This document shows positions 8,436 through 15,972 of a stretch of DNA of 55,529 bases, piece after piece (positions within the stretch are counted from its first letter, which is position 1; every line of letters starts with the position of its first letter). Under the pieces are notes generated by a model, which saw only the letters and a program-made list of their open reading frames with translations, had not been told where the DNA came from and did not search any database. Origin of the DNA: Halobacteriovoraceae bacterium. Its GTDB lineage: Bacteria; Bdellovibrionota; Bacteriovoracia; Bacteriovoracales; Bacteriovoracaceae. The stretch lies in contig JBEIQF010000001.1 of the NCBI GenBank assembly GCA_040376635.1, positions 1 through 55,529 of the forward strand. Reading direction: 5' to 3'. The position numbers and the translations under genes are program-made.

Positions 8436-9593
8436 ATGAGTACTAAAGAAATGAAATTTGAAACGAAAGTTATCCACGTCGGCGGCGAACCGGATCCTGT
8501 TACTGGTGCGATCATGCCACCTATTTTCCAGACCTCTACTTACGTGCAGAGTTCTCCAGGTGAGCACAAAGGTTATGAGTACACTCGTTCTCACAACCCT
8601 ACTCGTACACGTCTTCAGGAGTGCCTGGCTTCACTAGAGAATGCGAAACACTGTTTTGTTACAGCTTCGGGCCTTTCTGCATCTACACTTATCATGCACA
8701 TGCTTCCTAAAGGATCTAAGATTCTTTGCGGTGATGATGTATACGGCGGAACATACCGTCTTTTCTCAAAAGTATTCCCTGACATTCACCAGTTCAAATT
8801 CGTTGATACAACTGATCTCAAGAAACTTGAGAAAGAAATCAACGACACGAAACCAGCTCTTGTATGGCTTGAAACTCCGACAAACCCTCTTCTGAAAATT
8901 TCAGATGTGGCAGCGATAGCAGCTCTTGCTAAGAAAGCTGGTGCTTTGACTGTTGTAGATAACACATTCATGAGTCCGTTCTTCCAGAACCCTCTTGATC
9001 AGGGTGCTGACATCGTTCTTCACTCAATGACAAAATTCATCAACGGTCACTCTGACGTTGTTGGTGGTGCTTTGATGTTCAACTCTGATGAGCTTAAAGA
9101 AAAACTATTCTTCTACCAGAACGCTATCGGCCCTTCTCAGTCTCCATTTGATTCATGGTTAGTTCTTCGTGGTATCAAGACTCTTGCAGTGAGAATGAAA
9201 GCTCACCAAGCAAACGCTATGAAGATTGCTGAGTATCTTGAAAAACATCCTAAAGTTGAGAGAGTGATTTACCCGGGTCTTAAGTCTCACCCTCAATATG
9301 AACTTGGAAAAAAACAAATGAAAGGTGCTGGAGGGATGATTACATTCTTCCTTAAAGGCGGCATCACTGAATCAAGAAAGTTCCTTGAGAACGTAAAACT
9401 ATTCGCGCTTGCTGAATCACTTGGTGGTGTTGAATCTCTCGTTGATCACCCGGCGATCATGACTCACGCTTCGATTCCAAAAGACGTGAGAGAAGGACTA
9501 GGTATCTTTGATAACCTAATCCGTCTTTCTGTTGGTATTGAAGATTGTGATGATCTGATTCGCGATCTTGAAGTCGCTTTCAGCAAAGCTTAA
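8436..9593 (+). CDS. Cystathionine gamma-lyase/gamma-synthase (PLP-dependent trans-sulfuration enzyme)
   Basis: YEYTRSHNPTR, DDVYGGTYRL, ETPTNP, VDNTF, HSMTKFINGHSD (PLP lysine), AESLGGVESL, IRLSVGIED. Confidence 0.92.
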   Translation: MSTKEMKFETKVIHVGGEPDPVTGAIMPPIFQTSTYVQSSPGEHKGYEYTRSHNPTRTRLQECLASLENAKHCFVTASGLSASTLIMHMLPKGSKILCGDDVYGGTYRLFSKVFPDIHQFKFVDTTDLKKLEKEINDTKPALVWLETPTNPLLKISDVAAIAALAKKAGALTVVDNTFMSPFFQNPLDQGADIVLHSMTKFINGHSDVVGGALMFNSDELKEKLFFYQNAIGPSQSPFDSWLVLRGIKTLAVRMKAHQANAMKIAEYLEKHPKVERVIYPGLKSHPQYELGKKQMKGAGGMITFFLKGGITESRKFLENVKLFALAESLGGVESLVDHPAIMTHASIPKDVREGLGIFDNLIRLSVGIEDCDDLIRDLEVAFSKA

Positions 9594-10237
9594 AGCGTCT
9601 TAACTGTTTCTTTTACAGCGGGAAGCGGAGTTACAATCTTCGCTTCCTGATCTTCCTTCTTCACCTCTACTTCAGGCTTAGGAACAATCTGATCTACCGG
9701 AAGCGGCTTAGGCCCTTCGAAGATATCAGGAACTTCTGTGTAACGGCTGAAGACAACCGATTCATTAAGATACTTTTTCATCAGAAGATAAGTGCAATAA
9801 GTCTTACCGTGATTTGAAGCAAGATTATCACGATCACCTTCAGCGAAGATAAGACCATCATCTTGAATCACGTCCATCATGTCGAAGTACTGAGAACAGA
9901 AATCTGAAGTGTCTTTTGTCTTATCAACATTCAGACAGTTGTTTTCTTTCTTCGCTACATCAACACCAGTAGCTGAAGTTACCTTGATGTGAACAGGTTC
10001 ACGGCAAACATCAACAAACCATTCTTTCGGAAGATATTTTTTGTGAGTGATGTGAACGATACAGTTCTTTTTGTCGATGATGAATTCCTGCTTCAGGAGA
10101 CCAAACAAAGGACCTTTCTGAACCATCTTCATATTATAAGAAGAATCTAGGCATGATTTAGGGCTGAAGCGTGTCTGCTGCGCGAATGCAGAGGAAATAG
10201 CTAACAGTAGTACGAGACTAAACTTTGTGAATACCAT
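9590..10237 (-). CDS. Hypothetical secreted Cys-containing protein
   Basis: Signal peptide ending AFA; six Cys; Pro/Lys/Glu-rich tail; overlaps upstream gene. Confidence 0.7.
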   Translation of the reverse strand: MVFTKFSLVLLLAISSAFAQQTRFSPKSCLDSSYNMKMVQKGPLFGLLKQEFIIDKKNCIVHITHKKYLPKEWFVDVCREPVHIKVTSATGVDVAKKENNCLNVDKTKDTSDFCSQYFDMMDVIQDDGLIFAEGDRDNLASNHGKTYCTYLLMKKYLNESVVFSRYTEVPDIFEGPKPLPVDQIVPKPEVEVKKEDQEAKIVTPLPAVKETVKTL

Positions 10238-11345
10238 GTCTATTAACCTCCATCATGACAACAGTCGCATCTTTTTGCAGGAACGTTTCTTTATGCCCCT
10301 CTTTCAACTGGATGAAAAATTCAGACATGAGCTCGTTTGATGAAGCTTTCTGATGATTCTTCAGGAAGTTGAAAAGGTCTTTCTCTGAATGCCCTTCACT
10401 CCAATTAAAGAGGAAACCTGTAGAGAAAACAATCACTTTCTCACCCTTAGCGAGTTGGTAGTGCTGATCTTTTTTAAGATTCAGTTTTCCATTCATCTGA
10501 CTATAGAGCTCAGCTTTAGAGTCGCTGTGCACTTTCAGGTTTAAAGTTCCAAGATCAAGTTCGAGAATCATGAGATCCACTGCGGACTTTTTCTTCTTCG
10601 CTCCATTGATCGTTTCGATTTCAGAAAGTGCGTCTTTTAAAAATGCATCCGCATTGAAGTCTTTCTCACGATGCTGTCCCAGAATTCCCAGGATCGCACT
10701 GGAGATCAGGTAAGACTGACTTGAAACCAGAATCTGGAAAACCTTGGAAGGAGTCTGGAGAAGATCGTAGAACTCTCCGCCACCACCATCTCCGGCCGCA
10801 TATTTATTGGTGAAGAGGACTCCTTTGATCTCATCATTCCTTCTCGGAACGAGAGCTTCGTGAATCTTCTTAGCTTTCGTCATTTCGACTTCCGCATTCT
10901 GCAACACCTGATCAAGCTCGACACTGAATTGGGCCATATGCTTCTGAAGTTTTCTCTGATCTTCGATAAGGTTCCAAAAAAACTGCATTTGGTTTGAAAG
11001 GATCGTCCAATTAAGTTGGGGCATCGGTAGTGAATACTCGCCGATGATCTTTGTAAGGAAAGCGCCTTCGTTCTGAACCCAGCTTTGAGCTTTCTCATTA
11101 CTGTGTTCATGGAAAAAGACTGCACCCAGAAAAGTGTTCATGACGGATTTGAAAGTTTCCTGACCTTCCGGATGATTTAAAAGAGTCTGTGTATCGACTA
11201 AAAGAAACTCGCCTCGGCGTTTGAGTTCAAGAGCATTGAACGACTTCAAGTCCATTACCTGATGGTTCTCATAGAAGTCGAAAACTTCAAAGCCTTTAGA
11301 TTCAAGCTCTTTCGTGAGGAATTTGCGCTCATCCAGGATGATCAT
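10218..11345 (-). CDS. SpoIIE/RsbU-like PP2C domain protein, degenerate
   Basis: Coiled coil then AKKIHEALVP, GGGGEFYD, GEKVIVFSTG, KDATVV resemble PP2C motifs with metal-binding Asp residues replaced. Confidence 0.65.
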   Translation of the reverse strand: MIILDERKFLTKELESKGFEVFDFYENHQVMDLKSFNALELKRRGEFLLVDTQTLLNHPEGQETFKSVMNTFLGAVFFHEHSNEKAQSWVQNEGAFLTKIIGEYSLPMPQLNWTILSNQMQFFWNLIEDQRKLQKHMAQFSVELDQVLQNAEVEMTKAKKIHEALVPRRNDEIKGVLFTNKYAAGDGGGGEFYDLLQTPSKVFQILVSSQSYLISSAILGILGQHREKDFNADAFLKDALSEIETINGAKKKKSAVDLMILELDLGTLNLKVHSDSKAELYSQMNGKLNLKKDQHYQLAKGEKVIVFSTGFLFNWSEGHSEKDLFNFLKNHQKASSNELMSEFFIQLKEGHKETFLQKDATVVMMEVNRHGIHKV

Positions 11346-11465
11346 TTTGGGGTCCTTAAGCGGGTAAAAGCACTGTCTTTTTATGCACTTAGACCCTGAG
11401 ATTCGATTTTAAACATTTTACCGTTTATTTTTCCGCAAAACAACCGAAGAGAATTTATCAGGTGG

Positions 11466-12221
11466 ATGTTAATTCACTGCTCTTTAGTTGGAAGAACTAT
11501 GAAAAAAAACAATGTATTTGAGCTGCCCTCATTGAATACTGCGCTTTCCCTGCTGGGAATGGCGTCGCAAGTGGAATTGCTCAAATCAGAAAATAGAAAG
11601 ATCAGTGAACAAGCTGCGCGCACAATTCTTAAAGCTCTCGACGTAAAAGACAATTATACATTTGGTCACAGTATGCGTGTTGCATACTTCTCTCTTGTTA
11701 CGGGGACTGAAGCTGAGTTTACGGCAGAAGAAATGTATGACCTTGAGCTCTCTGCTATTTTCCATGACATTGGAAAAATTGGTACGCCGGATGCAGTTCT
11801 TAATAAGCCATCACGTCTTTCTGAAGAAGAATTCCAGATCATGAAACAGCACCCTGAGCAATCATATGTGATTCTTCAGGACTTTCCGATGTTTGAAAAA
11901 ATCGCCATGAATGCTCGTCTTCACCACGAGCGTTTTGATGGTAAGGGATATCCTCTGGGCCTCAAGGGAGAAGAAATCCCGACGGCAGCAAGAATCATCC
12001 TTATCGCAGATACATTTGATGCTATGACGTCAACTCGTCCTTATCGTAAAGGACTTCCCTACGAAGTTGCTTTCGAAGAATTGATCCAATTCTCCGGAAC
12101 GCAATTCGATCCGAATCTTGTGAAGCTATTTATCCAGGGTATGAAGAAAGAAGCGCTTAAAGGCGAAGATGAATTTTTCATTCCGCTTATGGATAAAAAA
12201 TTCCTGAAAAACGCAGCTTAA
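11466..12221 (+). CDS. HD-GYP domain cyclic di-nucleotide phosphodiesterase (start may be ATG 11499)
   Basis: KDNYTFGHSMRV, FHDIGKIG, HHERFDGKGYPLGLKGEEIP, ADTFDAMTSTRPYR, GTQFDP. Confidence 0.93.
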   Translation: MLIHCSLVGRTMKKNNVFELPSLNTALSLLGMASQVELLKSENRKISEQAARTILKALDVKDNYTFGHSMRVAYFSLVTGTEAEFTAEEMYDLELSAIFHDIGKIGTPDAVLNKPSRLSEEEFQIMKQHPEQSYVILQDFPMFEKIAMNARLHHERFDGKGYPLGLKGEEIPTAARIILIADTFDAMTSTRPYRKGLPYEVAFEELIQFSGTQFDPNLVKLFIQGMKKEALKGEDEFFIPLMDKKFLKNAA

Positions 12222-12230
12222 TCAGCAAAA

Positions 12231-13349
12231 CTATTCAGCGCAAAATGCAGTTTTAGCAGATGATGAGACCATCCGGTTTTGCATCGACTCGCACCCTCTC
12301 GGTGTTTCGTAAACGTTAAACGGATAACATTCAGTTTTCTTCTTGAGGTATTTGACTGATGAAGAGTTGTCTTCACATGTCTTGTAGCTTGGAGCATCCA
12401 CACACGCCCAGTGTTTACCCTGGCAGTTATAGACTAATCCACGACCACGATATTCGTAATCAGGAGGAGAAACGTACTCTTTTTTCTGTTCAACAGGCTG
12501 AGTGTCCTTAGCTTGTTTTTCTAGATCCTGAAGAATCTGATCCGTAATGCTTTCATCACCCGGAGTGACTGTTTCACCACCATCCACAGAATCTACGTTC
12601 ACTGAAGTATCAGTAGTAGGCTCAGTGACAGTCGTATCAACCGGAGTATCAGTCGGCGTATCAACAACAGTTGTATCTGTTGGGGAAGTTTCGATTGGCG
12701 TATCAGTTGTTACTGGCTCAGTGACAGTTGTATCAGGAGTTGTCGTTGTATCAGTTGGAGTGTCTGTGACAGTGGTATCGACCGGAGCTGCATCAATTGG
12801 AACATCTGTTGGAGTCTCAGAAGTGACAGTGACTGGTGAGTCAGGAGTCGTCTCTGTCGTTGTGGAGGCTGCATCAACCGGAGTATCTGTAGTCGTTCCA
12901 TCTGCAGGAGTTGTTGCTGCTGTATCTGCAGGTTGAACTTTTTTGTTAGGTCTCTTGCGTGGCTTGAGAGTCGGAGTCGCAACGGGCTCTTCAGTCGGAA
13001 TAATGTAATCAGAAAGAAGAAATCCTACAACCAGAACACCGATCGTGATCTGAATGATTTTACTTTTTTTCTTTTTCTTTGCAGCTTCATCATCAACGAC
13101 TTCTTCTTCATCATCAGATGCTTTGGAAGCAAGTTTGACGTTCTTTTTCTGAAGCGCCTGAATTTTCTTTTTGAGTTTATAGACTAAAGACTTACTCTGA
13201 GGCTCGTCGTCCTCTTCTTCTTCAACTTGAGAGATGTCAGTCGCATCTGTTTTATCAGCTCGCGATGACTCAGCACTCTCTTCTTCAATTTCTTCTGACT
13301 CGTCGTCCTCGGCCTTTGGTTTTTTTCCAAAAGGGATTTTGGCCTTCAA
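12231..13349 (-). CDS. Single-pass membrane protein with Thr/Pro/Asp-rich stalk and Cys-rich C-terminal domain
   Basis: Charged N-terminus, one TM (IIQITIGVLVVGFLL), TTDTP/DTTV low-complexity linker, six-Cys C-terminal domain. Confidence 0.8.
   Translation of the reverse strand: MKAKIPFGKKPKAEDDESEEIEEESAESSRADKTDATDISQVEEEEDDEPQSKSLVYKLKKKIQALQKKNVKLASKASDDEEEVVDDEAAKKKKKSKIIQITIGVLVVGFLLSDYIIPTEEPVATPTLKPRKRPNKKVQPADTAATTPADGTTTDTPVDAASTTTETTPDSPVTVTSETPTDVPIDAAPVDTTVTDTPTDTTTTPDTTVTEPVTTDTPIETSPTDTTVVDTPTDTPVDTTVTEPTTDTSVNVDSVDGGETVTPGDESITDQILQDLEKQAKDTQPVEQKKEYVSPPDYEYRGRGLVYNCQGKHWACVDAPSYKTCEDNSSSVKYLKKKTECYPFNVYETPRGCESMQNRMVSSSAKTAFCAE
12560..12935 (-). repeat. Degenerate low-complexity repeats encoding T/D/P/V motifs (DTP, DTTV, TTDTP)
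   Basis: Recurring gtatca / ggagt / gtgacag units on the + strand within the CDS. Confidence 0.6.
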
Positions 13350-13485
13350 GTCATTAACGATTTTATCGAGGATAACTACTCCTGGTGAAATGGGTCTTGT
13401 ACTTAGCCCTTGTTATCCAGTATTCTCATTATAAGGCAGCCTGTGGCATTTGCAATCAAATCCCATAGGAGATCAAGGACTTAAC

Positions 13486-14103
13486 GTGAATAGTAACCGT
13501 GACGAAGGTGTCATCAAGTTCAAACTGACATTAAAACGTGCGCCTGCACCGGAGATGAATCAGGTTATCGCTCTCGAAAAGTGGCGCGCGCTATTCTTTA
13601 AACTTGCTTTAGTTGGTGAATACCCGATCGATAAGATCGGCTACGGAAACCTCTCTTCACGTCTCTCAAAGAAGACATTTATCATCACCGGATCTCAGAC
13701 TGGTCACCTGGCCCACCTTCAGGCACACCATTATACCAAGGTCATTGATTGCGATTTGAAGAAAGGGTCTGTGACAGCAGAAGGCCTCATTCCACCATCG
13801 AGTGAGTCGCTTACTCACTATGGAATTTATGAAGCGAACCCTGCCATTCAATATGTATTCCATGTCCATCATCAGAAACTCTGGCAACTATTAAAAGACG
13901 GACCATACGACTCCATCAGCGACAATATTCCTTATGGGACGCAGGAAATGGCAGAAGCCGCGAGCACTCTTCTTGGTAATAAATCATCAGGAATTTTTGT
14001 GATGAAGGGCCATGAGGATGGAATTATTTCATATGGAACGACAGCAGAAGAGGCCGGAAAACCGATTCTAGAGCTCTACCGCAAACTCGCAGTCAGGCAG
14101 TAA
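13486..14103 (+). CDS. Class II aldolase/adducin family protein
   Basis: GNLSSR, PSSESLTH..IY, VFHVHH, MKGHEDG; GTG 13486 follows an AAGGA SD (ORF track begins at TTG 13450). Confidence 0.85.
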   Translation: MNSNRDEGVIKFKLTLKRAPAPEMNQVIALEKWRALFFKLALVGEYPIDKIGYGNLSSRLSKKTFIITGSQTGHLAHLQAHHYTKVIDCDLKKGSVTAEGLIPPSSESLTHYGIYEANPAIQYVFHVHHQKLWQLLKDGPYDSISDNIPYGTQEMAEAASTLLGNKSSGIFVMKGHEDGIISYGTTAEEAGKPILELYRKLAVRQ

Positions 14104-15108
14104 ACTTTTCAGTTCATTCAGAAGTATTTTTCCTTCGGCTTCATCGAGAGCAGAAAGGAAAAACATATCGTAACGAACATCACCTGGTGAAAGAAGAATC
14201 ACGCCTCTTGAAGTATCCGGTTCCCATTCAAGCTCAAGAAGTTTCTTTTTCGTTCCCAGAAAATCATTCCTCGATTTCGTCAGAAGGAATGCAGACCACT
14301 TTCTGATCCCGCCAAATTTCAGAGAAAGTTCAAACGCAGTTTGTCCCATCGTACGACGATAGTTAACTTCACTCAGACTTCTGACTTTTAACCCATTTTC
14401 TTCATAGATAAATGAATCAATGGAAAAACCTGTTTTTAAATCAGACTTATAGAGGGAGAGAATCTTCTGATAATCTGACTTGAACTGAGTCCAGTCCATA
14501 TCGGAAGCGAAGCTCAGATTCTCAATTGTCGGCTGAGTGTAATTTTTGAAAATAGTTCCACGATACTGAAACTTCTTATCAACGATATTTTCATAACAAA
14601 TGCTCACGCCATTCGGAAACACGTAGTGAGAAAAATCAAATTTGCGGTCAAAGAATGGCTCTATGACAACCGGACCTTTTTTCAACATCACTTCGAGGTT
14701 GTCTAGTCTTCCCTCTTCCACCATCGCAAAATTCTGTCCCGACATGCCGAAAGGATTTTTAGCAAGGTACGTTTTATCAAGCTTAGGAAGATCGCTGAGT
14801 GCATTCACAATGAATGAATCTTTGTTGAAACTGGCACTCATCTCTTTTGAGTTCAGTTTTTTTTCCAGATCAAGATTTGTAAGCGGGCCCCACCAGTTTT
14901 CTGACTTCCCTTCTTTTTGAAGGAGCGGTCTTTTACCTGTGAATGATTCCACATGATCAAGAAATTCTTTTGAATATGATTTTGAAGTGACGAGGGGTCT
15001 TGAATCAAGATACATAGCGAGGAATTCAAGAGCTTCGTTAACAACCGGCATAGGTTTGTTAAAGAACAGAACCGATTCATAATCAGCATTCACTTTAATC
15101 GAGCTCAT
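14068..15108 (-). CDS. Hypothetical protein, ATP-grasp-like
   Basis: LAKNPFGMSGQN, VVIEPFFDRKFDFS, GFSIDSFIY, SEVNYRRTMG resemble ATP-grasp motifs; abuts the DUF455 gene. Confidence 0.6.
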   Translation of the reverse strand: MSSIKVNADYESVLFFNKPMPVVNEALEFLAMYLDSRPLVTSKSYSKEFLDHVESFTGKRPLLQKEGKSENWWGPLTNLDLEKKLNSKEMSASFNKDSFIVNALSDLPKLDKTYLAKNPFGMSGQNFAMVEEGRLDNLEVMLKKGPVVIEPFFDRKFDFSHYVFPNGVSICYENIVDKKFQYRGTIFKNYTQPTIENLSFASDMDWTQFKSDYQKILSLYKSDLKTGFSIDSFIYEENGLKVRSLSEVNYRRTMGQTAFELSLKFGGIRKWSAFLLTKSRNDFLGTKKKLLELEWEPDTSRGVILLSPGDVRYDMFFLSALDEAEGKILLNELKSLLPDCEFAVEL

Positions 15109-15972
15109 TTACCACCGCTTTGTGATGAGGAAATCATCTTCATAAAGATCAAGCTGGCGCGAGAACTCTTTATCGTTCACTGCTTTTTCATGGAGTGCCG
15201 GATCGAATCCCACACCTTTCGCACGCGCTGGAGTCAGTGGGAAAGGCAGGCTCGACATATAATAAGTCCAGAGTTCCTGGTCTTCACGCCAACGCTTCAA
15301 CCAGTGTGACCCGAAAGCAACATGACTGATTTCATCTTCCAGGACGACATCGAGAATATCGGCAGTCTTAGTGTCTCCAAATGAGCGAAACACTTTTGCA
15401 TAGTATTGAGCGAAATCAAGATTAGCGGCTTCAAACGTAAGCGCCATCACGGCCGCGTATTGAGAAGCAGTCTTGAGTTTCGGCATTTGTTTCCAGAAAA
15501 AATCATTCAAAGGGAAATCGCCGAATTCATATCCAAATTCATTGAGCCTTGAAATGTACATCCCCAGATGCTTTTGTTCATCTTTTAGGGCAGTCACGAT
15601 GCCTTTCTTGAATCGAATGTCTTCATCCGTCGTGTGTGGATACACAAGAATGGCAGCGGCCATCATCTCGATGGCGAGAAGCTCATGATTGGCAAAACTG
15701 TGAAGAGCAATCGCTGTATTCTGTTTTTGATTAAGATTAGGCGCTTTCGGAAATTTGATTGTTCTGCCTGAGAAGGCAATTTTGCCTGATCGTCCTGGTA
15801 ATTCAGGAAGGGTGAATTCCTGATACGGTGTCCATTCTATAGGTGCACTAAAATATTTTTCTTCCAGGCTTTCACCCATAAGAATTGTTTTAGCAAATTC
15901 AAAGTATGAAACGGATTTATCTGTGTTTTCTGAAGGCTTGTGCAGCATTTTTCTTGGCCCCACCACCACCAC
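15109..15972 (-). CDS. DUF455 family ferritin-like (di-iron) protein; exact start uncertain
   Basis: LHSFANHELLAIE, DEQKH, FEAANLDF, EDEISHVAFG.HW di-iron ligand pattern. Confidence 0.85.
   Translation of the reverse strand: MVVVGPRKMLHKPSENTDKSVSYFEFAKTILMGESLEEKYFSAPIEWTPYQEFTLPELPGRSGKIAFSGRTIKFPKAPNLNQKQNTAIALHSFANHELLAIEMMAAAILVYPHTTDEDIRFKKGIVTALKDEQKHLGMYISRLNEFGYEFGDFPLNDFFWKQMPKLKTASQYAAVMALTFEAANLDFAQYYAKVFRSFGDTKTADILDVVLEDEISHVAFGSHWLKRWREDQELWTYYMSSLPFPLTPARAKGVGFDPALHEKAVNDKEFSRQLDLYEDDFLITKRW

Noticed and set aside
12547-12936. 129-aa Val/Ser/Gly-rich plus-strand ORF
   Set aside because: Antisense shadow of the Thr/Asp/Pro repeat region of the minus-strand gene
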